From: an uncultured bacterium
GTDB lineage: Bacteria; Fidelibacterota; UBA2242
Length of the DNA stretch: 64,000 nt
Direction: 5' to 3'
Assembly: GCA_964589175.1 (NCBI GenBank)
Contig: CAZPRY010000015.1
Location: 18,530-82,529, forward strand
The notes beneath the pieces were generated by a model. That model made no database searches, was not told the origin of the DNA, and was given only the letters and a program-made list of their open reading frames with translations. The position numbers and the translations under genes were made by a program. The first letter of the stretch is position 1; each line of letters starts with the position of its first letter. Positions 31,526 to 41,856 of this stretch are shown in pieces.

Positions 31526-32860
31526 ATGAAACATAGCATTCTTTTTTTAGCATCGAGTATTATTATCATTCTTTTATTTGGCTGTCAATCTCATCCGGGG
31601 AGTCAAAAAAGTAAAATAACCTTCAATTACTCAAAGTTCATTTCCGACAAGGCCGCCACATTTTTTGCGTATGTCAAATCTGTGGATTATGATACCGGAA
31701 AAGTTATCATCGCCGGTGGTGACAAGCGCGAATCCGTTACGCCGTTTTCATTGCAATGGGGAGACGGTTCCGTCCAGGAAGGCTTATTTCCTCAGGAACA
31801 TGTCTATGCTGATCTGACAAAAAACTATAGCATTCGCGTAATCTCCCAGTATTCCGAGGATGAATCGGATACGGCAGAATTATTCATCCGTTTTGCAGCG
31901 CCGGTAATTATTCAGAAGGCTCTCCCGGCAAATATAATGGTCTCAATACCGGACTCCTTGGTTATGCTTGAAAGCAGGATGCCAAAAGTGGAAATGTACG
32001 AATTCTCAAAAGAGCTGGCCTGTTTTGGAGACCAATTTTTTCCTATCACACCCAGGACAACCATCGAATATATACTCAGCGTGGCAGCCGCAATCCAGAT
32101 GGATTTGGTCAACGATAATGTCTACATGGACGATGGTACATTTCGGCAGATTATGCTGAGAGACGCCGGATTTGGCGGAATGTATTCGCTCTGGTATACC
32201 AACCCGGTGAGCTTTGGTGTTGGTGATTGGGGCTTCCGGGGGGCGATTCAGTGGTCTTCGTTTTTTCATGAAATGGGCCACAATTTTACACTGAACACAC
32301 CGGCTGATTACTATTTCGGCGGAAAAACGGACGGCAACGCCAACGCGATATATTCCGAAGCAATGGCCCAGATATTTCAACATGTGACGGCATATGAGAT
32401 AATTAATAATTATAAAAAATATGGCTTAAGCGAAGACCTTGCATATGAAATAAGATTATCTGCAAATGCTTCTTTTTTTTGGACAGTAACATCATATAAT
32501 AGATATATCACTTCTGGAAAGAACTTCAGATCTTGGAATGATCCCAATGTTCCCCAAGATGAAACAGTTGGTACTTTCATGACTCTCGCATACAAGTTTT
32601 TTGAACATGCAGAACGCGAAAAAGCCGACTATCGTGCGACACTAAAACGGATGATGTCCTTTCTGCAAAATTTCAATGAAGATTGGCATCGTCAGTATGA
32701 ACCTGATAAAGACTCCGTGGAAGGTGAGAGTTTTCGGGCTACAATGATGGTGTCGGCATTGTCTTATGCGTTTGATAAAGATTTAAGACAAGAATTTAAA
32801 GATCTTAATTTCCCTGTAAATGATGATGTTTATTTGGAATTATTGGCATGTACAAATTGA
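31526..32860 (+). CDS. Lipoprotein with PKD-like domain and gluzincin-like HExxH domain
   Basis: Lipobox LLFG-C; LQWGDGS...QEHVY (PKD); FFHEMGHN...SEAMAQ; C-terminal DLRQEFKDLNFPV; no CTD. Confidence 0.8.
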   Translation: MKHSILFLASSIIIILLFGCQSHPGSQKSKITFNYSKFISDKAATFFAYVKSVDYDTGKVIIAGGDKRESVTPFSLQWGDGSVQEGLFPQEHVYADLTKNYSIRVISQYSEDESDTAELFIRFAAPVIIQKALPANIMVSIPDSLVMLESRMPKVEMYEFSKELACFGDQFFPITPRTTIEYILSVAAAIQMDLVNDNVYMDDGTFRQIMLRDAGFGGMYSLWYTNPVSFGVGDWGFRGAIQWSSFFHEMGHNFTLNTPADYYFGGKTDGNANAIYSEAMAQIFQHVTAYEIINNYKKYGLSEDLAYEIRLSANASFFWTVTSYNRYITSGKNFRSWNDPNVPQDETVGTFMTLAYKFFEHAEREKADYRATLKRMMSFLQNFNEDWHRQYEPDKDSVEGESFRATMMVSALSYAFDKDLRQEFKDLNFPVNDDVYLELLACTN

Positions 32861-32945
32861 AGTATATCAACATAATGGCAATTATTATCAAAATGACCGT
32901 GGAGACATTAAATAAATTCAAATAATCAATCCAAGGAGCAATTAG

Positions 32946-34265
32946 ATGATAAAAGCAAATAATTCTGTTTTTACTGAAATAAGAGAATATATAAGTGGTA
33001 TTCCATTAATTGATACACATGAACATTATCTAGGGATTACTGAACCGGTAAAAAATATCTGGAATTTTATTATGTCGGGATATCACGACTCAGATATGCA
33101 ATCAGCATCGTTTGGTAATGAAATTTATTATAAAAATATATTTGATAATACATTGTCATTTGATGAACGGTATAGTGCTTTTGAAAAAATATATAAAAAA
33201 ATAAAAAATACTGCATATGTAAAAGCATTTGAAATAGGATTAAAGAGATGTTGGGATATAGATGAAATCAATCTATCAACAATAAAAGATCTTTGTACGA
33301 AATTATTATCAAGAGAACAAAATTTTTATAATGCTTTAATAGAAAAGCACAATATTTTAATTAAGATTGTAGATGTATGTGATGCAGATAAATTTGTTGA
33401 AATAATTAACGGAACAAATAAAAACTATTCTAAATATTGTAGATTTGCATTTCCACTTCCATCTTTCCATAACATACATTCTTGTCAAGATATTAAAAAA
33501 TTGGAAAAGTATAATGAAGGAATGATAATTAAATCGCTGGATGATTACATCGATAATTTTAGTGTTTTACTAAAAAAAGCAGTTGATTTTGGAATCGTAT
33601 GCCTTAAAGATCAGACCGCTTATAGACGGATAATTGATTATAATAATCCAAGTAAAACTGAAGCGGAAAGTATTTTTAATAAAATAATATCAAATCCAAG
33701 AGACATTTTTTCATCAAATGAAGTTCGACCTCTTGATGATTGGCTTTTTCATAATTTTATTAATCTTGCGAAACAGTACAAATTACCAATACAAATTCAT
33801 ACAGGCCATATGGCTGGAATAAGAAATGATATTGTAAAAGCAAATGCAGCTCATTTAATAAAAGTAATAGAACTGCACTCGGATGTAGCTTTTGATTTAT
33901 TTCATGGAAATTGGCCGTATATGGGTGAATATTTGTTTATTGGTAAGAATTATCCAAACGCTTATCTTGATTTATGTTGGGTACAAACGATTGATCCCTT
34001 GTATTCTATAGAATTAATGAAAAGAGCAATTGTAACAGTACCACATAACAAAATAATGATATTTGGTGGCGATACAAACAAAATTGAAAATACTATAGGT
34101 TACTTAGAACTTGCAAAAGATAATGTTGCTTATGCTTTAAGTGAAATGATTGAAATGGATTATTTATCAAAAAATGAAGCAGGACAAATAGCAGTAGATT
34201 GGTTTTTTAATAATCCTAATGAACTATTTAATTTGGGATTAAAAAAACTAGAAAGAAAAATCTAA
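32946..34265 (+). CDS. Amidohydrolase family protein (uronate-isomerase-like) no. 3, strongly AT-rich
   Basis: LIDTHEH, PIQIHTG, FDLFHG, NAYLD, IFGGD; the sample line 33121-33180 is 12/60 G+C. Confidence 0.85.
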   Translation: MIKANNSVFTEIREYISGIPLIDTHEHYLGITEPVKNIWNFIMSGYHDSDMQSASFGNEIYYKNIFDNTLSFDERYSAFEKIYKKIKNTAYVKAFEIGLKRCWDIDEINLSTIKDLCTKLLSREQNFYNALIEKHNILIKIVDVCDADKFVEIINGTNKNYSKYCRFAFPLPSFHNIHSCQDIKKLEKYNEGMIIKSLDDYIDNFSVLLKKAVDFGIVCLKDQTAYRRIIDYNNPSKTEAESIFNKIISNPRDIFSSNEVRPLDDWLFHNFINLAKQYKLPIQIHTGHMAGIRNDIVKANAAHLIKVIELHSDVAFDLFHGNWPYMGEYLFIGKNYPNAYLDLCWVQTIDPLYSIELMKRAIVTVPHNKIMIFGGDTNKIENTIGYLELAKDNVAYALSEMIEMDYLSKNEAGQIAVDWFFNNPNELFNLGLKKLERKI

Positions 34266-35941
34266 TGATTAATAAAATAGATATGAAAAATTCAGCGGCA
34301 ATTTCGAAATTAAGATTTTACTTCTCACGAAACCTGTCCAGTATATCGTTAAGCCGAGCAATCATTTTAATCCTGCTTATAATAGCAATAAATCTAAATT
34401 TATACGCTAAAGAACAGGATGATCATTTTGATTTTAAAAAGTATCTATTTGGAGAAATTTCGACTTTATCTGTATATATACAGGATATTAATTATACCAC
34501 TGGTGAAGTTAATATCAGCGGATCTGATTCACAATGTCCTACTACTCCATTTACGTGGGATTGGGGAGATGGAACTATTAATGATGGATTTTTCCCTAAG
34601 CAACACACTTATTCCGATTTGACCAAAATATACAGTGTCAAGGTTACTGCACATTATTTTGATGGGGGAACGGATTCAGCGGAAATAACGATTCTTTTTG
34701 TTCCTCCTACTCCTCCTATCATTACTCCGGTATCTTTATCTCCAGATATAGCGATATCAATACCTGCTTCTAAGGTTACGCTAACAAGTAGACTATATGG
34801 TATCCCGAGCGGTTTAACTTACTTTGATGATAGTTTTTTTAATATCATCCCAAGATCAACAATTGAATATGTTTTAACGGCTGCAGCATCCATTCAAAGA
34901 GATTTTGTTAATGACGATGTATATCAAATCGATGGAGGTTTTAAACAGGTTCTTTTAAGATACCCTGGATTTGGCGGAATGTGTTCACTCTGGTATACGA
35001 ATCCTGTTAGTTTTGGCGTTGGGGATTATGGATTTCAAGGAACGATCCAGTGGTCATCTTTTTTTCATGAAATGGGCCACAATTTTACTTTGAATACGCC
35101 GGCCGATTACTATTTCGGAGGAAAGATTGATGGCAACGCGAATGCGATCTATTCCGAAACAATGGCCCAGATATTTCAACATGCCACGGCTTATGAGATC
35201 ATCAACAACGCCAGTAGCTATGGTCTAGGCGAAGATATCGTTGCGGATATAAAGGAGAGTGCCATTTCTTCCATCGCAATTGTCAGGAATTTCTACGAGG
35301 ACTATTGTAATTCCGGGATGAATTTTACTTCGTGGAACGATCCTATTACAGGTAGTGATGAGACGATAAAGATTTTCATGACTATTGCCTACAAATTCTT
35401 AGAACATGCTGAAAATTCGGATTTGGAATACCGAATTCCGTTGAAAAGAATGCTGACGCTTCTACAGGGATTTAATCAAGATCTCCGAAGTAGATATGAT
35501 CAAGCTAACAATACAATCGCTACCGATTTCTTCAGAGCGACCCTCATGGTATCTGCGGTCTCGTATGCTTTTGAGACTGACTTACGGGCGGAGTTCCGGG
35601 ATTTGAATTTTCCGGTGGATGATGAGACCTATGAAGAGTTGTTGAGTACGGTGACGGACGTTAGAGAATTCGATAATCCGGTAATGTCAAATTTTGAACT
35701 GCAACAAAATTATCCGAATCCTTTCAATCCAACGACTTCAATCGATTTTTCCATTGAAACCGGCAAAAAAGGAGTTCTTTCCGTTTTCAATATCAATGGA
35801 CAAATACTTGAGGTATGCAGATTTGATGAAGGAAATCACAGATTTTACTGGGATGGTTCAAAGTATGCCTCCGGAATTTATTTTTATAAATTGGAATCGG
35901 ATAATCGTTATGAAGTCAGAAAGATGTTAATGATATGGTGA
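34265..35941 (+). CDS. Secreted PKD + gluzincin-like HExxH protein with T9SS-type CTD; close paralog of 31526-32860
   Basis: WDWGDG...QHTY, FFHEMGHN...SETMAQ, DLRAEFRDLNFPVD, QNYPNPFNP...SGIYFYKL...RKMLMIW. Confidence 0.8.
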   Translation: MINKIDMKNSAAISKLRFYFSRNLSSISLSRAIILILLIIAINLNLYAKEQDDHFDFKKYLFGEISTLSVYIQDINYTTGEVNISGSDSQCPTTPFTWDWGDGTINDGFFPKQHTYSDLTKIYSVKVTAHYFDGGTDSAEITILFVPPTPPIITPVSLSPDIAISIPASKVTLTSRLYGIPSGLTYFDDSFFNIIPRSTIEYVLTAAASIQRDFVNDDVYQIDGGFKQVLLRYPGFGGMCSLWYTNPVSFGVGDYGFQGTIQWSSFFHEMGHNFTLNTPADYYFGGKIDGNANAIYSETMAQIFQHATAYEIINNASSYGLGEDIVADIKESAISSIAIVRNFYEDYCNSGMNFTSWNDPITGSDETIKIFMTIAYKFLEHAENSDLEYRIPLKRMLTLLQGFNQDLRSRYDQANNTIATDFFRATLMVSAVSYAFETDLRAEFRDLNFPVDDETYEELLSTVTDVREFDNPVMSNFELQQNYPNPFNPTTSIDFSIETGKKGVLSVFNINGQILEVCRFDEGNHRFYWDGSKYASGIYFYKLESDNRYEVRKMLMIW

Positions 35942-36014
35942 AATTAGAGCCAAAGCCCGAGTTACTATTTTAATGACGAGACAAAAAGAAATCTTTTAAG
36001 AAAGGGAGGAATAT

Positions 36015-37292
36015 ATGAATTCTATGTTCAGCGGTAAGAGAGCGTTCGAGTTTGTGAAAGAGATAGACTTTATGCGCCTGGGGGGAACCTTGGGGGAAAA
36101 AAAGGCTGCCGAAATTATCGCCAATCGCTTCCGGGAGATCGGTCTGGAAGCAGAGTATCACGACTTTCCATTGGCGACGAGTCATGAATTTTCTTCGAGC
36201 ATGAAAATTCTGAGTCCCTATGAGAAGGAAATCAGGATAACCCATCGCGTGATTTCGGGCGGGACAGCTCCGGAAGGTTTGACGGCTGATTTCAAATATA
36301 TCGATTCAGGCGGTGAGCGATTTTGCCAGGATATTGCCGGTAAGGTCGTTATGACGACCGGAAATGTGGATCGCATCCTCTACGAGAGATTGATTAGACA
36401 CCAGGCCGCCGCAGTCATCATTCCGATGGAACATAATAAGGAATTATTGAGCATACCGTTTAACGGCGATTATGTCGAGAAGTGGGGTAATTTACCGGTC
36501 TGTTATGTCAGTTATGACGACGCCCTGGAAATGATGAAGCGGAAGGCTTCGAAAGTGTTGCTGAAGATTCAGGACGAATCGGAACTGAAGGGTAAGGGGC
36601 GCAATGTCATCGCTGAAATCAAGGGATCATTTCGCCCTGAAGAAGAGTTCATATTTTGCGGGCACTATGATTCGACCTTGACTCACGGTATCTATGATAA
36701 TGCCGCCGGTACGGCGACGGTGCTGGAGCTGGCTCGTTTTTATCAAGCGCATCCACCCAAAAGAACGTTACGCTTTATCCTCTTCTCAGGCGAGGAATTG
36801 GGTTTGAGAGGATCAAAAGCCTATGTGAAGTCGTTGGGGGAATCGGAAGATGCTCTCAAGAAGATCAGAATGGTTTTCAACTTCGATCTGGGTGGGACGA
36901 TCCTGGGCAAAAACTGTGTGCGTGTAACGGCGGGCAAAACAGTTTATCATTACCTGGATGCCATTAACAAAATCGAAGATCTGGACCTGACGGTCGAGTA
37001 CGACATTTACTCCAGTGATAACATGCCGTTTTGCGGAGAGGGTATCCCGGCGGTCAATTTTTATCGCCAGGCACTGGGGTTGGGACATTCCTGGAACGAC
37101 ACGATTGAGAATATATCCCCGGAATCCTTTGAGTTCATCGGCAATTTCGGGTTGCGCTTTACTGCGGGAATCGTGAATGCCTCGGTTTTGCCTTTCAAGA
37201 GGATGATCGATAAAGATATGAAAAAGAAGGTCAGAGAATATCTGCGGAGATTCTCAGTCGAAGAGCCGGAACCGACGGAAGATGATGAATAG
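36015..37292 (+). CDS. M28 family metallopeptidase with PA domain
   Basis: CGHYDS, YDNAAG, FSGEELGLRGS, NFD, SSDNMPF, HSWND; no obvious signal peptide. Confidence 0.88.
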   Translation: MNSMFSGKRAFEFVKEIDFMRLGGTLGEKKAAEIIANRFREIGLEAEYHDFPLATSHEFSSSMKILSPYEKEIRITHRVISGGTAPEGLTADFKYIDSGGERFCQDIAGKVVMTTGNVDRILYERLIRHQAAAVIIPMEHNKELLSIPFNGDYVEKWGNLPVCYVSYDDALEMMKRKASKVLLKIQDESELKGKGRNVIAEIKGSFRPEEEFIFCGHYDSTLTHGIYDNAAGTATVLELARFYQAHPPKRTLRFILFSGEELGLRGSKAYVKSLGESEDALKKIRMVFNFDLGGTILGKNCVRVTAGKTVYHYLDAINKIEDLDLTVEYDIYSSDNMPFCGEGIPAVNFYRQALGLGHSWNDTIENISPESFEFIGNFGLRFTAGIVNASVLPFKRMIDKDMKKKVREYLRRFSVEEPEPTEDDE

Positions 37293-37365
37293 AAAGATCG
37301 AAAATAAGGCGCGGTTCTAAAGGAGCTGCTTTGGGCTGGAATTTGAAATAGGTTGGTAATTCGTC

Positions 37366-39393
37366 ATGAAAATAACGTGTGTAATAGCAATATTTTGTAT
37401 TGGAATGATGGGAAATGCTATGGGAAAAGTGAAGTTAACATACATTGACTTGGTCAAGAAACTGACTGATCTGGAAGGTCTTGCGGTGCTGCCGGTACCG
37501 GAAGAGAACTGTGCACAATGGTCGAGCTACGATCGGGCAAGTCAATATGATCCCGAGACTGACAAGTACATCGCCTGGGATGCCAACGCTGACGGGGATG
37601 GCATAATCAGGAAAGAAGGCGATGTTTCGGTTCTTGCTGAAATGGAAGGCCCCGGCTGTATATGGCGTATCTGGTCGGCAAAGGCGGGCAGCGGACATGT
37701 CAAGATTTACCTTGACGGTGCTGATGAACCTGCTGTTGACCTGCCTTTCAGTGACTACTTTAATTGTACGACTCCGCCTTTTATATACCGATCTCTGGTG
37801 CATTGCACTGCCAAAGGACTCAATTGCTATGTTCCCATTCCCTATCAGAAATCGTGTAAAATCGTTGCCGAGGGAGGCTGGGGATTGTATTATCACTTTA
37901 CCTACGCTTCGTACCCCAAAGATACGGTAGTCCCGATTTTCAAACTTGATCTATCTCCAGACGAAATGGCAGCATTGGAAGCTGCCGATGAATTTCTCGG
38001 AAATAAATTGGGGAACGATCCGGCAGGTAAACGTAAAGGTGAAGACACTGAATCGAAGAGCGTTTCGATTCCTGCCGGCAAGACGGTTACAATTGCCGAT
38101 CTAAGCGGAGAACGCGCAATCACCGCCTTGAAGGTTAAGGTGAATCGGGCATCCATTGGTGAAGATGAAATCGATATACTACGTGAATTGGTTCTGCGTA
38201 TCCGCTGGGATAATGAAGAAAATCCGAGTGTGTGGGTTCCGCTGGGTGATTTTTTCGGAACCACACCCGGAATAAACCAATACAAATCGTTACCGCTGGG
38301 GGTTACTGATGACGAGTTTTACTCTTACTGGTACATGCCGTTCGCACGTCGTGCCTTGATCGAGGTGGCCAATGATGGTAAGTCGGAACGTTCGGTTGAA
38401 TTCAGTATCACCCATGCGCCTCTTTCGTTCCCTGTTGAGCGACTTGGCCGTCTCCATGCGAAGTGGCATCGCGACGCATTTTTGCCGGTCGAACCGGAAC
38501 GTAAAATTGACTGGACGATGCTTAAAAGTCAGGGCAGTGGACGATACTGTGGGGTGATGCTTCATGTCTGGAACCCGAAAGGTGGTTGGTGGGGTGAAGG
38601 CGATGAGAAATTTTTCGTTGATGGCGAGAAATTTCCATCGACTTTCGGAACCGGATCAGAAGATTATTTTGGTTACGCCTGGTGTTGCCCCTCTTTATTT
38701 CAAAACGCATATCATAACCAAACCTTTAATAGTGGAGATAATCGCGGGCATATATCGTTAAACCGCTGGCAAGTTGCCGACAACGTTCCGTTCCAGACAT
38801 CCTTCGAGGGCGCCATTGAAAAGTATTTTCCCAATGATATAGCGACATTTTATGCCTGCACTGTTTATTGGTATCTGGCTTCCGGCGGCGTTGATCCGTA
38901 CAGACCAGTGCCAATTGAGGAGCGCATCGGGTACTGTGTGCAATCCCAGGTTTTTGAGGTTCCGGGTGCCCTGGAGGGAGAAAATCTGAGGATTCTCGAA
39001 AAAACGAAGGGAAGTCTACAAAAACAGGATATGTGGCAGTTTGGTCAAAATTGGAGCAACGATGCACAATTATGGTGGACCGGAGCAGAACCGGGCGACA
39101 AGATTGTTCTTGCAGTTCCCGTCGAAGACAGCGGTTGCTATGATTTAACAATGCAACTCACCAAAGCCAATGACTACGGCATTGTACAGTTTTTTCTGGA
39201 TGACGATAAAATTGGAGAACCAATCGATCTGTACAATACTTCGGTAATACCATCGGGAGTATTATCATTCGGAAAACATGAACTTAATAAGGGTGAGCAT
39301 AGACTGTCTGTTGAGATCATTGGCGCCAATTCTAATGCTATCAAAGAGTATATGTTTGGACTCGATTATTTGAAGATGGAATCGGATACTTAG
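37366..39393 (+). CDS. DUF2961 / GH172-like glycoside hydrolase with C-terminal CBM-like jelly roll, no. 1
   Basis: SSYDR, GPGCIWRIW, VPLGDFFG, GRYCG, WWGEGDEKFFVDGE..PS..GTGSEDYFGYAW; signal peptide. Confidence 0.85.
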   Translation: MKITCVIAIFCIGMMGNAMGKVKLTYIDLVKKLTDLEGLAVLPVPEENCAQWSSYDRASQYDPETDKYIAWDANADGDGIIRKEGDVSVLAEMEGPGCIWRIWSAKAGSGHVKIYLDGADEPAVDLPFSDYFNCTTPPFIYRSLVHCTAKGLNCYVPIPYQKSCKIVAEGGWGLYYHFTYASYPKDTVVPIFKLDLSPDEMAALEAADEFLGNKLGNDPAGKRKGEDTESKSVSIPAGKTVTIADLSGERAITALKVKVNRASIGEDEIDILRELVLRIRWDNEENPSVWVPLGDFFGTTPGINQYKSLPLGVTDDEFYSYWYMPFARRALIEVANDGKSERSVEFSITHAPLSFPVERLGRLHAKWHRDAFLPVEPERKIDWTMLKSQGSGRYCGVMLHVWNPKGGWWGEGDEKFFVDGEKFPSTFGTGSEDYFGYAWCCPSLFQNAYHNQTFNSGDNRGHISLNRWQVADNVPFQTSFEGAIEKYFPNDIATFYACTVYWYLASGGVDPYRPVPIEERIGYCVQSQVFEVPGALEGENLRILEKTKGSLQKQDMWQFGQNWSNDAQLWWTGAEPGDKIVLAVPVEDSGCYDLTMQLTKANDYGIVQFFLDDDKIGEPIDLYNTSVIPSGVLSFGKHELNKGEHRLSVEIIGANSNAIKEYMFGLDYLKMESDT

Positions 39394-39500
39394 CGTACCG
39401 AAGATATCCCTTTCCCATAGAGATTTTCCGCCCTGGCAGAGTCCCGGGCGAACTTCGAAACAAGATAATTCACAATTTGAAATAATGAAAGGATGGACAG

Positions 39501-40517
39501 ATGGAAGAAAAGTGGATAGGAAAATTGAAATCAAGTCCGGTAGTGACAAGACATCCGGCAAATCCCATTTTAAAAGAGAGCGATGTTCCATACAAGACAG
39601 ACCTGGTTTTGAATGCAGGAGTTGTAAAATATCAGGGTAAATATGTAATGGTATTCAGAAACGATGAGCGGGTCGATGAGTTTACGGTAGGCGAGGGCAT
39701 TAATCTGGGGCTTGCCTATAGCGATGATGGCATCAAATGGGACGTCGTTCCGAAGCCCTGTTTCGATATGAAAAATGATGAGTTCCTGAATACGTACGAT
39801 CCGAGACTGATGGTAATTGACGGTAAATGCTATATGACTTTTGCGATGGAAACCCGTCACGGTGTAAGAGGGGGCATAGCGGTTACCGAAGATTTTGAAA
39901 AATTTGAGGTCATCTCAATCGATGTTCCGGACAATCGTAATTTCGTCCTCTTAACCGAAAAATATAACGACAAGTACATACGCCTGGAACGCCCCTTTCC
40001 GATTTACGGTCGCCCGGGCTATCCCGAACGGTTCGATATATGGATTTCGGAATCACCGGATCTGGTGTACTGGGGCAAAGCGGATTTACTGCTGGGAGTC
40101 GAACATGTGCCGTTCGCAAACCTGAAAATTGGTCCGGGAGCGCCACCGATTAAAACGCCTAAGGGGTGGCTGACGGTTTTTCATGCCTCGGATTATAATC
40201 CTTCCCGGGAACGCAGAGGCTATGAAAGGACCTGGAAAAAAAGATATTGTGCTGGGATCATGTTGCTGGATCTGGAAGATCCGAGGAAAATCGTCGGAAT
40301 GAGTAAGCAGCCCTTATTGGCACCCGAAGCCGAATACGAAACCACCGGCGGTTATCGCAACGAAGTCATTTTTCCGACCGGTAATATCCTGGAAGAATCC
40401 GGCGAGTTTAAAATCTACTATGGAGCCGCAGATACGTACATGTGCCTTGCGACGGCGCATGTCGATGACTTGATCGGGCTGTGTACGGAATCGCGAGAAA
40501 GTCAGTCCGAATGGTAG
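39501..40517 (+). CDS. GH130 glycoside hydrolase/phosphorylase (beta-mannoside phosphorylase-like)
   Basis: NPIL, LNAGV, DPRL, PDNRN, RLERP, KIGPGAPPI, YCAGIMLLDL, VIFPTG, YYGAAD. Confidence 0.92.
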   Translation: MEEKWIGKLKSSPVVTRHPANPILKESDVPYKTDLVLNAGVVKYQGKYVMVFRNDERVDEFTVGEGINLGLAYSDDGIKWDVVPKPCFDMKNDEFLNTYDPRLMVIDGKCYMTFAMETRHGVRGGIAVTEDFEKFEVISIDVPDNRNFVLLTEKYNDKYIRLERPFPIYGRPGYPERFDIWISESPDLVYWGKADLLLGVEHVPFANLKIGPGAPPIKTPKGWLTVFHASDYNPSRERRGYERTWKKRYCAGIMLLDLEDPRKIVGMSKQPLLAPEAEYETTGGYRNEVIFPTGNILEESGEFKIYYGAADTYMCLATAHVDDLIGLCTESRESQSEW

Positions 40518-40578
40518 AGAAAAAAGTCGCCGGTGAACGAAGCCGTGAAGGTTGATTGTTAATTACACTTTAGGATGA

Positions 40579-41667
40579 ATGATGGCTGAAATTCAATATA
40601 AAAATGTTACGAAGTATTTCGGACCAACCAAGGTAATCGAAAACCTGCATTTACACGTTGATGACGGGGAATTTATCGTCTTGGTCGGACCGTCCGGCTG
40701 CGGAAAATCAACCACACTCCGGCTCCTGGCTGGCCTGGAAGAGATAAGCGCCGGTGAGATTCAGATTGACGGCAGGATTGTCAACGATATCGCTCCCAAA
40801 GATCGTAATATCTCGATGGTATTCCAGAACTACGCCCTGTATCCGCACATGACCGTCTATGATAATATGGCCTTCGGTCTCAAACTCAGAAAGTACAAGA
40901 AAGATGAAATCAGAAAATTGGTCAGAGAGACGGCAGAAATACTTGAACTGCAGAATCTTCTGTACCGAAAACCGAAGCAATTGTCTGGCGGCCAGAGCCA
41001 GCGAGTAGCCCTAGGTCGCGCCATCGTCCGTAAACCGAAGGTATTCCTCTTCGATGAGCCTTTATCCAATCTGGATGCAAAATTACGTACCCAGATGCGT
41101 ATCGAAATTAAAAAACTGCACGCGCGTCTGAAAACGACAATGATATACGTGACTCACGATCAAACCGAGGCAATGACAATGGGCGATCGAATCGTTGTTA
41201 TGAAAGACGGCGTCATCCACCAAATTGGTACACCAATAGAAGTTTACAATAATCCCTGTGATTTATTTGTAGCTGGATTCATTGGCAGTCCGAGAATGAA
41301 TCTAATTGAAATGTCGGTGACAGATAGTGGTATGCTAATCGCGGCAGACAGTGGAATTAAGTTAAACGTACCCGAGGAAGTATTCGTTAAAATTAAACAT
41401 CAGAACGTGAAAAAGGTTATTATAGGTATTCGACCGGAAGACATATATCTTAAGAGTAGAGAATCATGTTCCCACCCCATTGAAGTGAAAATTGATGTAC
41501 TCGAACCACTGGGAAATGAGACCCTGCTCTATGTGAATTCACGGGATGTCACATGTATCTGTAAAGAAGTAGGTTTTATCGAAGCGAAGCAGGGGGATTC
41601 TGTGTTAATTTATTTTAATCTGAAAAGAATAAAATATTTTAACGCTGATACCCAAAATGCGCTTTGA
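40579..41667 (+). CDS. ugpC: CUT1 sugar ABC transporter ATP-binding protein (MalK/UgpC)
   Basis: GPSGCGKSTT, VFQNYALYPH, LSGGQ.QRVALGRA, LFDEPLSNLD, YVTHDQ, FVAGFIGSP. Confidence 0.93.
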   Translation: MMAEIQYKNVTKYFGPTKVIENLHLHVDDGEFIVLVGPSGCGKSTTLRLLAGLEEISAGEIQIDGRIVNDIAPKDRNISMVFQNYALYPHMTVYDNMAFGLKLRKYKKDEIRKLVRETAEILELQNLLYRKPKQLSGGQSQRVALGRAIVRKPKVFLFDEPLSNLDAKLRTQMRIEIKKLHARLKTTMIYVTHDQTEAMTMGDRIVVMKDGVIHQIGTPIEVYNNPCDLFVAGFIGSPRMNLIEMSVTDSGMLIAADSGIKLNVPEEVFVKIKHQNVKKVIIGIRPEDIYLKSRESCSHPIEVKIDVLEPLGNETLLYVNSRDVTCICKEVGFIEAKQGDSVLIYFNLKRIKYFNADTQNAL

Positions 41668-41856
41668 AGATAAACTATAAATTTTGATATATCAAAGGGG
41701 TAGGAGACAATGATTTTGGCCAGTTTCTGGTAGGGGCGATATTTTTCCCTATATTGCCACATAAGTAATCAGCGATGATCGTAACCTATTGAAAATACGA
41801 GCCGATGCTGCCAGAATTGGAATGTGGTGCAAATTAATAATTTTCAAGGAGTATTA

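Noticed and set aside
41684-41695. FNR box
   Set aside because: TTGAT and ATCAA are separated by 2 nt, not the required 4.
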